Below, piece after piece: positions 39,299 to 51,300 of a stretch of DNA of 64,000 bases (the first letter of the stretch is position 1; the number at the start of each line of letters is the position of its first letter). The notes under the pieces are model-generated. The model saw only the letters and a list, made by a program, of their open reading frames with translations, was not told where the DNA came from and did no database searches. The stretch is from a virus (lineage: Duplodnaviria; Caudoviricetes), in IMG/VR virus record IMGVR_UViG_3300044535_001920, positions 603 through 64,602 of that record, one strand, 5' to 3'. The position numbers and the translations under genes were made by a program.

Positions 39299-39526
39299 TT
39301 ATTTATTATAAACACCACGAGGGAATACTTGACCTTGTGTTGGTCTTCTTCCAGTCAACCATCCAGGTATTGTATCAGTTATAGAAGAACCTAAATCAAT
39401 GTTACCAACACCTATGGTTCCATTAGAAGGTTCAATTGTATATGGATCTGTAGATTGTGGTTGAAATGCAGTGGTTGAAAACCCAGAAACTGCAGTTGTT
39501 AGAGATGGAAAAGTGAAATCTGCCAT
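39299..39526 (-). CDS. Small hypothetical protein
   Basis: 75 aa, coupled by a TAATG overlap to the upstream gene; ends GWLTGRRPTQGQVFPRGVYNK. Confidence 0.55.
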   Translation of the reverse strand: MADFTFPSLTTAVSGFSTTAFQPQSTDPYTIEPSNGTIGVGNIDLGSSITDTIPGWLTGRRPTQGQVFPRGVYNK

Positions 39527-40992
39527 TAGACTGTCCTCGCACAGAAGAGAATACCACGAGTTCTTGTAGTTTGATTATAAGAACCAGTAATTACTGTATA
39601 AACTTCGGATCCACTAATGGTAATTGTGTCACCCTGTTGAATATTTGCAGAAGGTGTTGCGTAATCAAAATCAATTAACACAAAATCATCTGGAATATAA
39701 TATGGACAAGGAACCATCGTAGAATTTAATGGAATACCTTTAATGACTGCGTTAAAATCTGAGTTTGTTCCAACGGGAGTTCCATCAAGAGTATTATTTC
39801 TTCTATAAATTCTTGAGTTATATTGATTTTTATTTTGAGGATATGCATTACTTTCATAATAAGATTCCACATATACAATACCATCAACACTCCTTCCAGA
39901 GGTGCTGTCACTTTGAATATAACCAAATTCTCCAGATCTTACAGAAGCATAATAATTACCACCAGTATAAACCACATTTCCACCAATCCAAGATCTAAAT
40001 GAAATAGTTGGACTACTTGTATTACCAGTAACTGGAATTATATGTGTAAGACCACCTAAAAATAATTCATCCAAATTCCAAATATTTGTTGTAAAATTAT
40101 GAAAGAAAAATGTTGAGAATGTATTATCCGATAAAACTGTAGAAGATAAAGTGGGTTGTCTATATGAAAATACTGCAAAATTTGGATCAATTGATGATCT
40201 AAAAATTGTTAGATCTAAATTATAACTATTTCCATTTACACTCGTTAATGTAAAGTCTGCAACTGAAGCAGGAGGTGAACTAGAATTAGTATAGTAATAA
40301 TTGTTGGAACTAGGTAAAGAGTATAAAGGAACATCTAAAGCTGATTTACCAGTAAATCTATTGCTATAATAATTTCCTCTGTTTGATGTATTTGTAACAT
40401 CCCAAGGATGGAAACCATTTCCAGAAGCTACAGATAAATTATATGCAGCACTTGCACTACCAGAGGTTATCTGAAATCCTCTGTAAGTATCTCCATATTT
40501 TTTGTTTTGTTGTATAGTATGTCTTACAACACCCCAAGGTTGGGTTCCAGATTTATCAAAATCATAAAAGGAAGTTGTGCTACCATAACCTGTTGGAGTT
40601 TGATTTCCAGCAACTTTGACTGTAATTCCAATAGCAACTGCTCCATTGGCAGAACCACCAATATCAGCAGCAGATAAGGTTACATATTCACCATCAGTGT
40701 AACCATATCCAGGACGATTGACTCTAATACCATTTACAACACCAGAACTTCTTGTAACATAGAAACTTGCTCCAGTTCCTATTCCAGTAGTTGTAACTGG
40801 GAAAACATCTTCATAAGCATCACCAACAGCACCAACGGTTCCACCACCACTATAAGAATCAATAAAAGTTACAATTCCAGTTCTAGTATCTCCATGCCAA
40901 CCTAACCAAGTAAATGCCTCTTCAACTTGAGTGATAAGATCACTTCTGGCAAATCCAGCAGATCTTGATATTGTGGTTGTTGTAATTGCCAT
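39526..40992 (-). CDS. Putative fibre/receptor-binding structural protein (paralog B)
   Basis: Shares N-terminus (EEAFTWLG), a GASF-V-RS module and C-terminus (GDTITISGSEVYTVITGSYN..GILFCARTV) with 41013..42551. Confidence 0.6.
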   Translation of the reverse strand: MAITTTTISRSAGFARSDLITQVEEAFTWLGWHGDTRTGIVTFIDSYSGGGTVGAVGDAYEDVFPVTTTGIGTGASFYVTRSSGVVNGIRVNRPGYGYTDGEYVTLSAADIGGSANGAVAIGITVKVAGNQTPTGYGSTTSFYDFDKSGTQPWGVVRHTIQQNKKYGDTYRGFQITSGSASAAYNLSVASGNGFHPWDVTNTSNRGNYYSNRFTGKSALDVPLYSLPSSNNYYYTNSSSPPASVADFTLTSVNGNSYNLDLTIFRSSIDPNFAVFSYRQPTLSSTVLSDNTFSTFFFHNFTTNIWNLDELFLGGLTHIIPVTGNTSSPTISFRSWIGGNVVYTGGNYYASVRSGEFGYIQSDSTSGRSVDGIVYVESYYESNAYPQNKNQYNSRIYRRNNTLDGTPVGTNSDFNAVIKGIPLNSTMVPCPYYIPDDFVLIDFDYATPSANIQQGDTITISGSEVYTVITGSYNQTTRTRGILFCARTV

Positions 40993-41012
40993 CTTACTTT
41001 TCTAAGTATTTA

Positions 41013-42551
41013 TTAAACGGTTCTAGCACAGAAGAGAATACCAGCAGTTTCTCCAAACTTATTATAAGATCCAGTAATAACTGTATAAACTTCACTACCA
41101 CTGATAGTAATCGTATCACCTTGCTTAAGATCTTGTCCTGATGCAGTGAGTTTAAAGTCAATCAGAACAAAATCATCAGGCATATAATAAGGACAAGGAA
41201 TTAGATTTCCATTGATGGGAATACCTTTGATTACAGAGTTATAAGATGTGATTGGATATCTGTTTCCATATGTTGTGTGGGTATCTAACATCCCATTATC
41301 TTTAAATCCACCTGTTCTTGAATAGATGGTTGCTTCATTGTTTAATGGACTGTTGAAACCATCCATACCAGTATCAGTTGATGCAGTATAGTTTGTTAGA
41401 GATGATGCTATATTATAATTTTGTGCCGCAAGTCCATAATGGTTATCTAGAAAAATTTGAGACCATCCTGCTTCTGCTGTTCTCGTAGATTGACTATATT
41501 CTCCAAGAGTAACTTTATTCCCAGTTAAAATAGTTCTAAATCCAAGGTATGCAGTATTTCCTTGGTTTTGATTAAGTGAAGGATCGGGAACAACAAATGT
41601 TACTCCTGCAGAAAATACTTCATCAAGATTCCATAGATTTGAATTGAAATTATGAATAATAAAAGTAGAGAAAGTATTTTCATTCAATGTTCCAGAAACC
41701 GATGGTTGAGTATATGAAAGAACTGCAAAACTTGGATCAATACCAGAACGATATACATTTAATTTTAAATCGTGAGTCTTTGGTGAATTTGATGTTGCAT
41801 ATCTAAACAAATCATCATATGCTGCACCAACTTGTGCGCTATTATCATTTTCATAATCTAATGAATTACCTGTGCTATCTGGACTATCAGTAATATCTAA
41901 GTATTGCATTCCTCTAAAACTATCCCTATATCTTGCACCTCTATCATTTGTATTATCTGAATTGAATGGAAAAAATGATGATCCAGCATATAATGATAGT
42001 CTATAATCATCATATACCTTAAATCCTCTATAAGTAACACCAAATCTCTTATTTGTATTAAAGTCTTGCTTTAATACTCCCCAAGGACGGGTGCTATCAT
42101 TAGTTGGGTTTAAATTCTTATCAAAGAAAGCATTAGTTGTTCCATAACCAACTGGAGATGCACCTCCATCTACATTTACAGTAATTCCAATTGAAACTGC
42201 ACCATTTGCTGAACCACCAATATCAGCAGCAGATAAAGTTACATATTCACCTTGAGTATATCCAACTCCAGGACGATTGACATAAATTGCATTTACTGAA
42301 CCACCAGACCTATAAACATTAAAACTTGCTCCAGTTCCTATACCAGTTGTAGTTGCAACAGGAATATCAAAATAATCTGTTTGTGCAGATCCAACAGTTC
42401 CACCACCATTATAAGAACTGATACTTGTTACAAGTCCTGATATTTGGGTTCCGTGCAAACCTAACCAAGTGAATGCTTCTTCAAGTTGTAAGACAACATC
42501 AGTTCTTGCCCAACCTGCTAATTTAGTAATTGTAGTCGTAGTAATTGCCAT
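41013..42551 (-). CDS. Putative fibre/receptor-binding structural protein (paralog A)
   Basis: Same conserved ends as 39526..40992, with a divergent aromatic/Asn-rich middle. Confidence 0.6.
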   Translation of the reverse strand: MAITTTTITKLAGWARTDVVLQLEEAFTWLGLHGTQISGLVTSISSYNGGGTVGSAQTDYFDIPVATTTGIGTGASFNVYRSGGSVNAIYVNRPGVGYTQGEYVTLSAADIGGSANGAVSIGITVNVDGGASPVGYGTTNAFFDKNLNPTNDSTRPWGVLKQDFNTNKRFGVTYRGFKVYDDYRLSLYAGSSFFPFNSDNTNDRGARYRDSFRGMQYLDITDSPDSTGNSLDYENDNSAQVGAAYDDLFRYATSNSPKTHDLKLNVYRSGIDPSFAVLSYTQPSVSGTLNENTFSTFIIHNFNSNLWNLDEVFSAGVTFVVPDPSLNQNQGNTAYLGFRTILTGNKVTLGEYSQSTRTAEAGWSQIFLDNHYGLAAQNYNIASSLTNYTASTDTGMDGFNSPLNNEATIYSRTGGFKDNGMLDTHTTYGNRYPITSYNSVIKGIPINGNLIPCPYYMPDDFVLIDFKLTASGQDLKQGDTITISGSEVYTVITGSYNKFGETAGILFCARTV

Positions 42552-42556
42552 TTATC

Positions 42557-45307
42557 TTATGCCTCCAGTTGAAGAATGGTTAGGTTTGCGGTGATTGCTT
42601 GAGTAGAACCTGAAAGGTTTGTGATTGCTGCGTAGATTGTAGTGTCAGCAGGATTATCTAAATTACCACCCATTACAAAAGGAGAAATAATCTGAGTTGT
42701 TGAAATGCCAGTAGTAACAACTTCTGCAATTACTCCACTTCCAGGTGCTGGATCAACTCCAACACTTCTGGATGCATCATTTGCTCTTGATGTACTATCA
42801 GTATATAGTCTTAACCATCCTGCAGTGGATAGTCCAACCTTCATCAGTGCATAAGACTTGAATCCAGTGATGTTGGTGTTACCAATTCCATTATTTGCGA
42901 TTGAAGTGGTTACTCCAGTTACGATAGTTCTTGATTGTAATGAACCACCAGATGCTGTGATTGTTGCGATACCTGCACTGAATGTAACATCAAGTCCAGT
43001 TCCAAAATCAATTGTTGTTGCAGAACCAACATTGACTTGATCATCTTCAACTACAACACCAGTACCTGCTGCAGTAACATTCAATAGTGCAGAACCATCA
43101 ATTGCTGGTAGTGCTCCCGTTAGTTGTCCTGATGGAATATTTGTGAGACCTGATGCAGAACCAGAGAATGATGATGCTGTAATAATACCAGTTGGTACAT
43201 ATACATCACCATAAACAGAAACTCCAGCACCAGTTGTTTCAAATTTCTTAGAGTTATCATAATAAAGACTTACAGAACCATTTGGAGTAAATATCCCCAT
43301 AGGTTCTCCACCAGAACTGTGTCTTATTTCAATAGCACTTCCAGTAGGAGTATCGATAATGAATGATCCAGAAGCATTTTTATTTCTAATTAGTGAATTG
43401 TTTGTGGATGATACATGAGTGATCTGTAGATCATCACTAGCACCTACATTTATTATTTTATCGTCTCCAAGATCTAAGTTAGATTGTAAAATAACATTTC
43501 CTTGGAAATTAGCAGTAGAATTTGCGTCAATTGCACCACTAAAAGTAGAAACACCAGAAACACTTAATTGATTAAATGTAGAAGTTCCTGATGTGTTGAT
43601 TCCAGCAATAGAAGAAGAAACAGTAGCAATACCAGAAGAGAAAGAAACACTAAGGTTAGAACCAAAGTTAATTGTTCCTGCAGTTCCTACTGGAGTTGCA
43701 TCATCTTGAATAATAACTCCACTACCACTTCCAACAACATTAAGTAGTGCGGAACCATCAATCGCAGGTAATGTTCCTGTTAGTTGTCCAGCATTTAGAG
43801 TTCCATAGAAACTGGTTGCAGATACAACACCAGCAACGGTGAGTGCTTCAGTAACTACAGTTGTCTTGATACCTACATTACCACTGGAGTTAATATACTG
43901 ACGAATATTTCCTTGACCATCAGCAATAACTACATTATTTGACAAAGTGCGAATGTCTAGATTGCCAGAGTTTCCATCATAAGCACCTAGAATTACATTA
44001 TATGCACCTGTAGTAACCTTCTGTCCTGCTCTTTCACCAATACCAATGTTGTATTGTCCAGTGGTTGTATCATAGTATGAAAGTTCTCCAATACCAATGT
44101 TTCTACCTGATCCACCACTTAGAGATGCAAGAACCTGATCACCGATTGCAATGTTTCTACCACTTCCAGAACCTGCAGGTAGATTACCAAGTCTTATGTT
44201 TGAACTTGCATCTACTTGAATTCTTCCTGCAGAAATTGTGGCAATGCCTGATACATTTAGTGAAGATGCATTTGCAGTTCCACCAGTGAGATTTGTTGCA
44301 TCAGTAATAGAACCCGAGAAGTTACCAACAAAAGTTGTTGCAGTTATAATACCAGTAGAGTAAATGTTTCCTGTAGTAACAACTCCTAATGTAGAAACAC
44401 CAGAAACACTTAATTGATTCGTAAATGTAGTTCCAGTGACTGTTACACCAACACCAAGAGTTTCTAATTTTTTATCTCCATTATAATAAAGAGAAACGGA
44501 TCCTAGGGAAACACATCTAATATAATTTGTTCCATCAACAGCATCAATTTCTAGTAGATTTGATTGAACTGTTAACGAATTTCCAGTTGCAGAGATAAAT
44601 GAATTATTAAATCCACCTAAAGTTGAATGCCAAATTTTTAAATCTCCATCAGTTCCTATATTTAAATCAATACCATCATTTACCGTAATATCTTGAGAAA
44701 AAATAGATGTATTATAAAAATTAGAAACACCAGAAACATTCAGAGTTTCAAGAGAAGTATTTCCTTTTACTGTAAGAGCACTTGTTGGATTTGTAGTTCC
44801 TATTCCAACATTAGAAAGTGTATGAATCCCGGATGCTGTTGATACCCACTGAGAAGATGTTCCACCAATATTTCCTGACCCTATTCCTAATATTGCGTTA
44901 TCAACATATCCTTCAGTTGCATAACCACTTAGAGAACCCGAAGTTATAAACCCAACTACAGCATTATCAACATATCCTTCAGTTGCATAACCAACTACAG
45001 CATTATCAACATATCCTTCAGTTGCATAACCACTTAGAGCACCAGAAGTAATAAATCCTACTACAGAAGAATCTACATAACCTTCGGTTGCATAACCAAT
45101 TAGAGCACCAGAAGTAATAAATCCTACTACAGCATTATCTACATATCCTTCAGTTGCATAACCAACAATACCAGATAAACTAAAACCATCACCAAAAGTG
45201 GTATATATCTCATCAAAATTTTGATTTATCTTTAACGCAGCTGCTAAAAGTGTATCTCCTGTACCATCATTTGGTGTAGAACCGGTATTTATTCCTAGTT
45301 TTGCCAT
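42557..45307 (-). CDS. Fibre protein with gp9/gp10-like N-terminal baseplate anchor
   Basis: MAKLGINTGSTPNDGTGDTL..KINQNFDEIY; fibre modules VSLYY..KKLET and LTGxLPAIDGSALLNV each appear twice. Confidence 0.75.
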   Translation of the reverse strand: MAKLGINTGSTPNDGTGDTLLAAALKINQNFDEIYTTFGDGFSLSGIVGYATEGYVDNAVVGFITSGALIGYATEGYVDSSVVGFITSGALSGYATEGYVDNAVVGYATEGYVDNAVVGFITSGSLSGYATEGYVDNAILGIGSGNIGGTSSQWVSTASGIHTLSNVGIGTTNPTSALTVKGNTSLETLNVSGVSNFYNTSIFSQDITVNDGIDLNIGTDGDLKIWHSTLGGFNNSFISATGNSLTVQSNLLEIDAVDGTNYIRCVSLGSVSLYYNGDKKLETLGVGVTVTGTTFTNQLSVSGVSTLGVVTTGNIYSTGIITATTFVGNFSGSITDATNLTGGTANASSLNVSGIATISAGRIQVDASSNIRLGNLPAGSGSGRNIAIGDQVLASLSGGSGRNIGIGELSYYDTTTGQYNIGIGERAGQKVTTGAYNVILGAYDGNSGNLDIRTLSNNVVIADGQGNIRQYINSSGNVGIKTTVVTEALTVAGVVSATSFYGTLNAGQLTGTLPAIDGSALLNVVGSGSGVIIQDDATPVGTAGTINFGSNLSVSFSSGIATVSSSIAGINTSGTSTFNQLSVSGVSTFSGAIDANSTANFQGNVILQSNLDLGDDKIINVGASDDLQITHVSSTNNSLIRNKNASGSFIIDTPTGSAIEIRHSSGGEPMGIFTPNGSVSLYYDNSKKFETTGAGVSVYGDVYVPTGIITASSFSGSASGLTNIPSGQLTGALPAIDGSALLNVTAAGTGVVVEDDQVNVGSATTIDFGTGLDVTFSAGIATITASGGSLQSRTIVTGVTTSIANNGIGNTNITGFKSYALMKVGLSTAGWLRLYTDSTSRANDASRSVGVDPAPGSGVIAEVVTTGISTTQIISPFVMGGNLDNPADTTIYAAITNLSGSTQAITANLTILQLEA
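44895..45165 (-). repeat. Intragenic tandem repeat: five GYATEGYVD units
   Basis: CATATCCTTCAGTTGCATAACC (one copy diverged) recurs at 66- and 39-nt spacing. Confidence 0.9.
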
Positions 45308-45332
45308 TATACAATAGAAACTTCTTTATTTT

Positions 45333-45340
45333 TATTTATG
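45333..45340 (-). promoter_or_regulatory. Late promoter-like CATAAATA
   Basis: One mismatch to TATAAATA, ~26 nt upstream of the start at 45307. Confidence 0.5.
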
Positions 45341-45342
45341 TT

Positions 45343-48300
45343 TTAGTTTTGATCCATAGTGGAATCTAAACTATCAAATGTAAATACTTGACTATCAAAA
45401 GTTTCAGTTAAATTATAACTAAATGCAGAGTCAACAGTATTTTCTACTAAACAAATTGGATCTATAGATGTAGAACCTATTCCATAGTATACTTTTTGTC
45501 CAGATTGGAAATTATGATTTCTAATGTTAAATGCATCTACATTTAAATTTATTGTAGAAGTACTAATCCCAGAAAATTCGTGGTAAAATAATGGAGTTCC
45601 TTTATTTTTTAGTTTAAAAGTAGTTAATCCAACTATTTTTCCACCTGTAGTAGTCGTAAAACCAGTAAATTGATCACTTATATCATCAATTTTTAGAACT
45701 TTATTTGTCCTACTTAAAATATATGATTTTAAACTAACTCCCTCTGGGAAAAGTACCCTCTCAATAGAACCATCTTCAAATTGGTCATCTTCAAAAACCA
45801 TTGAAAAATTAGATCTAGAATACATTGACCCATATCCATCAATATTAGCTAAAATAGTTAGAGAAGAATCCCCCACCCCAACACTCATTGTATTTGATGC
45901 TTTCTGTACTATATCTAAATCAGAAAATTCTTTAAATCCTGCAGGGTGTACCAAGGATCTTACCGATTCTTTCCAATCTTCATAATTTACATCAGATTTT
46001 ATTGAGTAAGAAAACTTTTGATAGTAACTATTGTCAGATATTCTCTGTTGATAATCATTTAAAAATCCAACTCTATCTCCAAAATCATTTACTTTTTCTC
46101 TAGATACTTCCAGATTTGAATTTAATGTAAATGTATTAACTGATTCAATAGTTCCAGTTAAACCAGATCTAGTTCCATAAAGCTTATATCCAACTTCAAG
46201 ATCTCCAGAAGAATCAATCATTCTCAATTGATTAATATTATTATCCCATCCATTCTCCATCACCTTTGCGGTGAATACTGCAGAATCAGTTGAATCATAA
46301 CCTATTATAGTTTCATTAGAAAAATAGGATAGATCATCTTCCAATTCCATTTCAAATGATGCCATATTTTTTTTGTTAACCACATATCCATATCCAAAAT
46401 CTGAATTATATTCCCCAAGATTATCGGGAATAGAAGAGGCATCATATGTAACTGTATAGTTATTTGGATTAACATCAGTTACAGTGAAGAATTTATATCC
46501 ATAATTTGATGAATTATAATTAGATTTTGTTTGATCGGATATTCTACAATTTTCAACAAATATTTGATCACCAACACTAAATGGGAAATCAATAATATTT
46601 GATCCATATGAATTTGATATCAATGGAAACTGCTGATTGTCTGAATTTACTAATTCTAATGTAACTTTCTTTGTTATATTATTATAAGTAATATCATCAA
46701 TATCATATCCATTAGAATTTCTTGTTGGTATTATTGTTAATGGTTGAGTTAAATCTTTTGTGTTTCTAATTATCTTAACATCAACAACAGAATTTCCTTG
46801 AATAATAGCTTCTAATTCTATATTATTGTTTCCTAATACTTTCAATTTTGGTGGAGTGATATAATTGGATCCACCAGATATTATATCAATTAATTTAACT
46901 CTAGAAATTCCTCTAATTTGACATACAGTTGGAACACTTAAAATTGGTTTAAGTGTTGGATCTGTTGGATAATCAAATCCATCTTTTACCCTTTCAATAT
47001 TGTTTATTTTTCCAATATTTTTTGAAATACACTTAAGAGTAGCATTTCTGCCATTTTCAGATTCAACACCAACAATTTTTGGAAGTTTTTTGTATTTTTT
47101 ACCGCCAAAATTTAATCTTATTTTAGATATTGGACCACTTGCAGTTTTGGAATCAGTCTCATAGAAAATAGAAGAAATACCAGAAGATGTAGTATATGAA
47201 AAACTTTCTGGTTTTTCATATAAATTAAATTTAAAACTTGAATTTGATGTTACTACTATTTGATATAAATCACTGAATGTACTATCTTCTATTGATATTT
47301 TATTATTTCCAATTACATCGGCATCAATAGATATCTGATATTTTTCTACAACTGATGGTGAAAGGGGTATTAATGTGTAAAAAAGTGTATTTGAGACTGA
47401 ACTACTATTTGTATCTATTCTTAGTTCTGCTCCAGGAGAACCTGCATCAATTCCATTTCTTTTATAATTGTATGATTCAACTTGAATTGATAAATTGCTA
47501 TCTCTATAAAGTTTTAAATCCATTCCACTCAATGATGTATCTGATAAATCAAATACTATTATATTTCCCTTAGTTGTTTTTAATAGGGGATTTATTAAAG
47601 ATATTGAATTAAATGAGGAACCTTGACTAGTAAAAGTAATTCCTATTCCCGATATAGCATCAGATCTATATAATGCTAATTTTATATAATCTGGATCTTG
47701 TTTTATTACATAATAGGTTTCATTATTAGTTAATCCACCTATAGAAGAGTTTCCAATATTATAGTAAACAATTTTATCACCAGTAGAAAAATCATTATTT
47801 GGAATATAGATTGTGGAATCTGCAACATCAACAGAAACTGAAGTATCAAAAGTTATGGGAACTGTTGTTAATTTTCTCAATATAGAATCATAACTTATTG
47901 AAAATACATTAGTTAATCTTGGGTTTATACTAAAGTTTACAGAATCAAGATTAGTTAATTCATGATTTTCTTCAGTATCTACAATTAAAGAATAATTTTC
48001 AACTGTACCTAAAACTTGATTATAAACCGTTGTAAATGAATGAGCAGCACCAACAGTAGAGTTATTTTCATAAATGTATAAACTATTATTATTTGTTCCT
48101 ATACCTGAAGAAGTTGTAAACCCTAAAGTGGAAATTCCAATAAAATCTTTTCCTTTATTTACAACATAAAGTACGGTATTATCTGGTAATGGGAAGGAAG
48201 CAGCAGAATCTGGGATATTGGAAACATATAAACTACTTCCAGCAAAACCAACATTATATACAATCTGCTGTCCTGTATAAAGATTGTGATTGGGAACATA

Positions 48301-51300
48301 TATTGCTCTTGCTGGTACAGATATATTAGATTGATCAGGTAAAGTGTAATTGTTTATCTGAGTTCCAAATCCTATTAATGTTTCTGGATTAAAATAAATT
48401 GGTGCATTTTCCCTCAAATATGTTGGCAAGGATAACTCAGAAAAATAGAATTTTTTAGGTAATAGTCTAACACTGTCAATTCCTACTGTATGGAAACCAA
48501 CATTTTCAATTCTGTTTACAATAAATGATGAATCTGTCTCATCAATTTTTATAATTTGTAACTTTTCGGACCCTATTCCAACAAAATCATTTACTTCAAA
48601 ATCGGAATAATCATTAACATAAATTTTAGTGGATGAACCTGTTATTTGTATGATATCAATATCACTTGTCAAACCAACTACTTTAGATTTAACTAATATC
48701 TTTCTTGATCCTTCTAAAAATGAATATGCTGGATCAGATACTGCAGATATTACTACTTGATCTCCACTTACTAAATTATGTGGTTCATTTACTAATCCAA
48801 CTACAAGATTTTTCTCTGTAAAAAATCTTGTGCCATTAAAAGTTGAAATACCAACTTCAATTCTAGAAAGATCCTTTCCTCTTAATCTTGATACTTCGGC
48901 ACTTATACCAGTACCACCAGTATCACTATTATCAAATATAACATTATCACCAATTTTATAATTTTCCCCAGGACTATAAACTAAAATCTGATCAACAGAT
49001 GATGATAAAGTTTCCGATACCATAAACTCTTGTTTATGCTTATCTTCATTGCTTTGTATTAAACTATAACTGGATTTATTTGAATTGATGTAATAAGGTC
49101 CAATATTCCTAATAATACCGGACTCAAACATATTCAAATCTTGATTAAAAGATGGAATAAAATTCTCTTTTATTGCATAATCTTTAAACTCTTTTCCTAC
49201 GATGTACGGATATTCTGGCTTTGATATGATTGCATTATCAATTGATGCAAAATAAGCATAAACTCCATTTGGAAATTCTGGAGTTATGCAAAATCTTCCA
49301 TTATATTCGTCCAAATCACCAATTGCTTTATCAAAATAAAAATCCTGAGCAAAAAAACCATCTGGTAGATTTGGTCGTAAATTCAGATTATTTTCTATTC
49401 TTTTAAAATAACTAGATCTTATCTTTCTAATTTCAGAACCAACTTGTCCATATGGTCCATATATTGGGTTTCCATCATATGCCCATCCAATAATTGGAGA
49501 ATGAGTATTATCAATGACTTCCCTATTAGATAAATCTACGTGATCATTTAGTGTATACCTTAGTACTTTGGGAGCAAAGAAGTTTATATATTGCAATCCA
49601 AAATCTTTATTATTACTTGGTGCTATTATACCTTCATCTTGAGTAGATAATAATTCTTTATTCTTTTCTACTTGATTTATTTTCCATTCAAAAATATTTC
49701 CAAGGAACTTTGCATCTTTCCCTCTTCTTACTACTTTTAATATCGTATTACTTTGCAAGTAATTTACACCACCATTTGCAATATTGACACTGGTTATTCT
49801 TCCATTTTCGTCTACTATTGGTCTAATATCTGCAAATTTCCCATCACCAAAAACTTGAATATCTATTCCTTTATCATATCCAGAACCATAAGATAAAAAT
49901 TGAACATCAACTATTGAACCATTGACAACAATTGGTTTTAATAGAGATTCAGATGCTATTGGTTTTATTTTTATGTCTGGTCTTCTATGGAAATTTATTA
50001 TATCAGAAACACCATAACCAACACCATTTGTTTCTAAGAATACACTTTCAATCTCTCCTGTTATAATCGGTTCAAATTCAGGTTTAATAATTGTTGTTGC
50101 ACCGACTCCAGAAAGAGATTCAACAACTAATCGTATTGGTGGATAATAAAAAGTATGATCACCATCACCTAAAGACGAAAATTTAATATATCTCTTATTA
50201 ATATAATCAAATTCATCTATTTTATCACCGTTTCCAACTGAAGATAAATAAAATTTATTTTTATCAATGACTGTTACGATATATTCTGATGTTGTAGATA
50301 AACCACTAATTGCTGTTCCCGTAGTTGAGTATCTTACAATATCTTTATTTTTAAATCTGTGATCTGTTGCAAAAATGTAATTGTCAAAGGTGTTAACTCC
50401 ATTTGTATTATTATCATAAGACAAAACAGAAGGAACTTTAATCAATCTATTAGAATACCCAGAACCTCCATCTTTCACATATACTTGGGTAATAGTATTT
50501 TTTGATTTTGTAGTTTTTAAATAATGAAAACCTGAACTAATTCCAATAAAATTTATTTCATTAGTTCTTGAAAATGCATTAACTACATCTTCATATAACT
50601 TTATTACTTTATCATTAATTACACCAACATAATAGATTGAACTATTTTTTAAAGGAACAATTTCTGAATTAAAGTTTGAATTATAAATTACTTCTTCACC
50701 ATCTTCAAAATTATGCTTTTCAAAAAATGTAATTGTGTTATCAGTTGGATTTAATCCAAATCCATCACCTTTAAAACCATTATTGATCTGTGATTTTACG
50801 AAATTCGGTTCTAAAACTGCTCCCGATCCGTTTCCACCAAGAATAGTTATTTTTGGTTTAACTTGATAACCAATTCCTGGAGTTATAATTCTAACTCTTT
50901 CTAGTGATCCTGTAATATTTAAATATCCCTTTGCTCCAGATCCAGAAACATCTGAAATTTCCAATTCTGGTGGATTCATTACATCATATCCACTTCCAGA
51001 ATTAGTTACTGAAACAGATTCTAATTTACCATAATAAATGTTTTCATCAAATAATGTAGGTGAAAAAATTTCTGACCCATTTACAAAAATTCCGACTTTT
51101 TTATTATTTGTTGATCTATCTCCAACTTCAGATAAAAGATTTTGTCCTTTTTTATAATTAAATTTCTTTATAATTTTTTGATTACTTACCGATTTATTTT
51201 CATAATCTAATTTAACAAAAGACCCTGATGTAGTTGATTTATTAAATGATATGTATTTTTTAGAATATAAATCACTTTTACTCAAAGAGAATTTTACTTT

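Noticed and set aside
5006-44289. Numerous short + strand and alternate-frame ORFs inside long genes (e.g. 5747..6154, 12928..13341, 18582..19187)
   Set aside because: Fully nested in well-supported CDSs and explained by codon bias.
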